DNA from: Schizochytrium sp. TIO01
Lineage: Eukaryota > Protista > Bigyra: Labyrinthulomycetes
NCBI GenBank assembly: GCA_004764695.1
Contig: SMSO01000032.1
Span: forward strand, 8,526,483-8,590,482
Reading direction: 5' to 3'
DNA length: 64,000 bases
Shown piece after piece: positions 61,284 to 64,000 of the stretch. A program made the translations under genes and the position numbers. The notes below the pieces were generated by a model, which was given only the letters and a program-made list of their open reading frames with translations, searched no databases and was not told the DNA's origin. Position 1 is the first letter of the stretch; each line of letters begins with the position of its first letter.

Positions 61284-62135
61284 TTAGGAAGAGCTTCCTT
61301 GGGTAGCGTTTGAGGAGCTGTCGTCAATATACTTCTTTCTCACCTTTTTTGTGGCGACTTTCTTTGATCGCTTGGTCCTTCGCCTCTCAGAAAGACTTAA
61401 TGATTTTTTAGAGGAACCCGAAGATGAAAGGGGTGACAACGAAGACGATGACGCTGTGCGCTGACTTCCTTGTTTTGATGAAGATGCCCTTGTCGAAGTC
61501 GTTGAAGAAGTTGAAGTAATAGAAACAGAGTTTGTTGCACCTCCATGTTCGATCGTGCTATTGCTAGAGATCGATGCCATAGACCTCATTTCTGGTACAC
61601 GACCCTCAGCCAAGGTGTAAAATTGTCCAGGGTTTGTTGTATGCTGAGATATCGCTGAAAGGTTTTGCCCCAAAGAGGCAACGGACATAGCTTTGCCGCT
61701 TCCATTGCTCTTCTTGGCACCTTTTTTTTTGTTGCTCTTTGTCTTGTGATTATTACCAGCATTGTCGCCGTTTTGATTATCGAACTCGAGATCTTTGTCC
61801 TGGTCGTCATTACTCTTCGTGTTCGTGTTTTTGTCGTTGTTGGCTTGGGCTTGTAGCTTCACCCGCTGTCGGTGTCGTTTAGCTCTTTTCGCGGAGGCTG
61901 TTTGTTTAGGGACAATAGTAATCTTTCCTTGGTCTCGCGCCTCCCTTACTATGGGGATTGCGGCTGCCATGAAGGCATCAAAGCGGCCTTGGATGGTAGC
62001 CTCGTTGTCTTCACACAGCTCGTTTATCTGCCGCAGCATTTCTTCAGTGAGCCTCACTCTTTTGTTAATAGCAGCAGCTGCCTCGAGGGCAGTGCTGTCG
62101 CCTCCCCGAGGTTCATTTTGGGGTTGTTGCAGCAT
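61284..62135 (-). CDS. Hypothetical basic, Ser-rich low-complexity protein (~283 aa)
   Basis: ORF open 61284..62144, first ATG at 62135. Helical-looking N-terminal ~95 aa, NLS-like KRAKRHR and RRRTKRSKK. No family recognised. Confidence 0.7.
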   Translation of the reverse strand: MLQQPQNEPRGGDSTALEAAAAINKRVRLTEEMLRQINELCEDNEATIQGRFDAFMAAAIPIVREARDQGKITIVPKQTASAKRAKRHRQRVKLQAQANNDKNTNTKSNDDQDKDLEFDNQNGDNAGNNHKTKSNKKKGAKKSNGSGKAMSVASLGQNLSAISQHTTNPGQFYTLAEGRVPEMRSMASISSNSTIEHGGATNSVSITSTSSTTSTRASSSKQGSQRTASSSSLSPLSSSGSSKKSLSLSERRRTKRSKKVATKKVRKKYIDDSSSNATQGSSS

Positions 62136-62189
62136 AACGACCAAGGTGCGGATAGCTAGACTCGCAGCAGGAAGAGTGGTCCGCCAAGT

Positions 62190-62240
62190 CTTGCGCCTAA
62201 GCCTTGCGCCTAAGCCTTGCGCCTAAGCCTTGCGCCTAAG
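62190..62240. repeat. 13-bp minisatellite CTTGCGCCTAAGC x ~4
   Basis: Directly visible, ~55 nt upstream of the ATG of the minus-strand orphan. Confidence 0.95.
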
Positions 62241-62750
62241 TCTAGAAGCCCGTTCTTAACGCGGTCAACGCAAGGATGAGCTCAAAAGGCAAGTTTGGTT
62301 GTTTACTTCAACCGGAGTAAGGCCGGCTTCGACCTACAACAAAGCTGGGTTTCAATTCGCAACCGCCTTAGGCTACTCCGACGAAGACCTGTTCTGCTCA
62401 CGTAAGAAAAGAGAAGATCTCAGATCGAGGCAAGCGCTCATCTAAGGCCCTGCCGAAAGACCCGATCCTCAAAACTGGGGCAGGCACGTGAGCAAGCAAG
62501 TCCCAAGGATGCCTTGCGCGTGCCGCCCCGTGACCGAGGCGGGCTGCGCTTTCCCGAAGCCCCGATTGGGGTTGCCGTCGATTCGCCAATGCCGAGCGCA
62601 GTTGGGCTGCCTCCTCGGCGGTCAATTCTGAGCAATCATGAGCAAAGAGGAGCACAATACACTATACCTACTACGCAGGAAAGTACTACTGCCTCTAGAG
62701 AAAGAAAAGAACATTCAACTAATTACACTCAGTTAGTCCATAGTAAACAC

Positions 62751-62784
<34 letters not shown>

Positions 62785-63642
62785 TATTCCTCTAGAAACA
62801 GTAAGCAACCAGCAAACAATGAATAGACTATCCATCCATCACTCAACCAAACAAACACCTCAGGCCCAAACCCAGGTCTCGCTTGCCCACCTCCAGCATA
62901 CCAGGCAGCCAAGCCACCACGCCAGCATCAAAGTACATGCCATTTATCCACACATACATTTTTGCACACCACAAAGCTCACAACAGCCATAACGCTGCCT
63001 CCACACATCCACCTACCCACCCACCCGCATAGGCCAGCCAGCCAGCCAGCAACCCAGCAAACAAGCAAACAAGCAAACAAGCAAACAATCAAGTCAATCA
63101 AGTCAAGTCGGTCCATGGCCTTCGACAATCAACAATCAAACGCTCCATCCTCAAGTTTGCAAGACATTTATTTACTTATCTTCGCCTTCCATCCATCCAT
63201 CCATCCATTCCACCATAGCTAGTGACTGCCCAATCGACTGGCGTAGGGCAGCGGAACGTTCAGAACGCTCGCTCTCTCAGCCAGCGAGGTCGAGCTCTCA
63301 AGGCAGGCAGCAGCCAGGCAGCCTTCTTGGGCAAGCAAGCCTCGCTGCGTGCGGGCGGGCGGGCAGGATTTTGAGAGCGCGGTCCGCTTCGAGGCAGAAG
63401 GGTTCATGGCGAGATGTGGGCCGGAAGGTAGCGCAGTGGCGGAGAAGTGACACCACTTCTCCGCCGGTTGTTGAGGTATGGGCGCTAGCAGGCGGCCAAG
63501 CGGGTGCTCAAGGAACTGTGGTACGGCGCCAGAGCAGCGCGAGATTTCTTGGAATTAGCTGGCCTTCTCCGAAGTGCACGCGCGGCGCGTGGACCTCCTC
63601 GCGGGAGCACTCGCTGACTGACTGACAGCGGCAAAGCGCGCA

Positions 63643-63881
63643 CATGCATGCATGCATATGCATACATACATACATACATACATACATACATACATACATA
63701 CATACATACATACATACATACATACATACATACATACATACATACATACATACATACATACATACATACATACATACATACATACATACATACATACATA
63801 CGCGCGAGGCGCGTGATCGCACGCGTGCATGCGCATGCATTTGCATTTGCATTTGCATTTGCATTTGCGTTTGCATTTGCA
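63643..63881. repeat. Compound microsatellite: (CATG)n, (CATA)35 at 63661-63800, then (TTGCAT)n
   Basis: Directly visible; accounts for the MYVC/HTYI ORFs in the track. Confidence 0.98.
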
Positions 63882-64000
63882 CTTGATCTGCATGCGCATG
63901 TGTCGCACGAGGCAGCGTTAAACTTGGGTTGAGGTCAGGGTTGGAGCCTCTGTGTGGGGACCCGCTCTCCGTTGCTCACGTGCCGCTTGACCTTGATTGA

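Noticed and set aside
61860-62135. INCENP N-terminus-like segment (IVPKQTASAKRAKR)
   Set aside because: Very weak; the ORF lacks the long coiled coil and IN-box.
62190-62240. Short direct repeats as a possible CRISPR array
   Set aside because: No spacers, 13-bp unit, eukaryotic context and no cas genes.
63485-63932. MYVC/HTYI repeat ORFs
   Set aside because: Translations of (CATA)n and (TTGCAT)n.

Overview
Eukaryotic nuclear DNA: spliceosomal GT-AG introns, abundant tetranucleotide microsatellites and an intraflagellar transport gene. Intron-poor genes, IFT46 and the repeat style suggest a flagellated protist, possibly a thraustochytrid/labyrinthulomycete stramenopile (inference only). Bases ~1-35,500 are a gene desert with no convincing protein-coding gene. 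It is structured: AT-rich islands recur every ~1-2 kb, a GTAGGTAC motif is over-represented, and two GC-rich microsatellite-dense islands resemble the 5' regions of real genes in this window. Bases ~35,700-62,200 hold about ten genes: an orphan ending in -SKL, a 3-exon fructose-1,6-bisphosphatase with a C-terminal tail anchor, a CybB-type dihaem cytochrome b561 with a mitochondrial-type presequence, an RCC1/tandem-BTB protein, a membrane TPR protein, IFT46, a 2-exon bacterial-type acyl-CoA dehydrogenase, a frameshifted eIF3L-like locus, an NBR1-like PB1-RGG-FW-AIM protein and a basic Ser-rich orphan. Strongest leads: the mitochondrial superoxide-oxidase homologue, the tail-anchored FBPase and the RGG-bearing NBR1-like receptor. 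No tRNA, rRNA, CRISPR array or intact transposon was recognised. Family assignments come from recalled motifs; no database searches were run.
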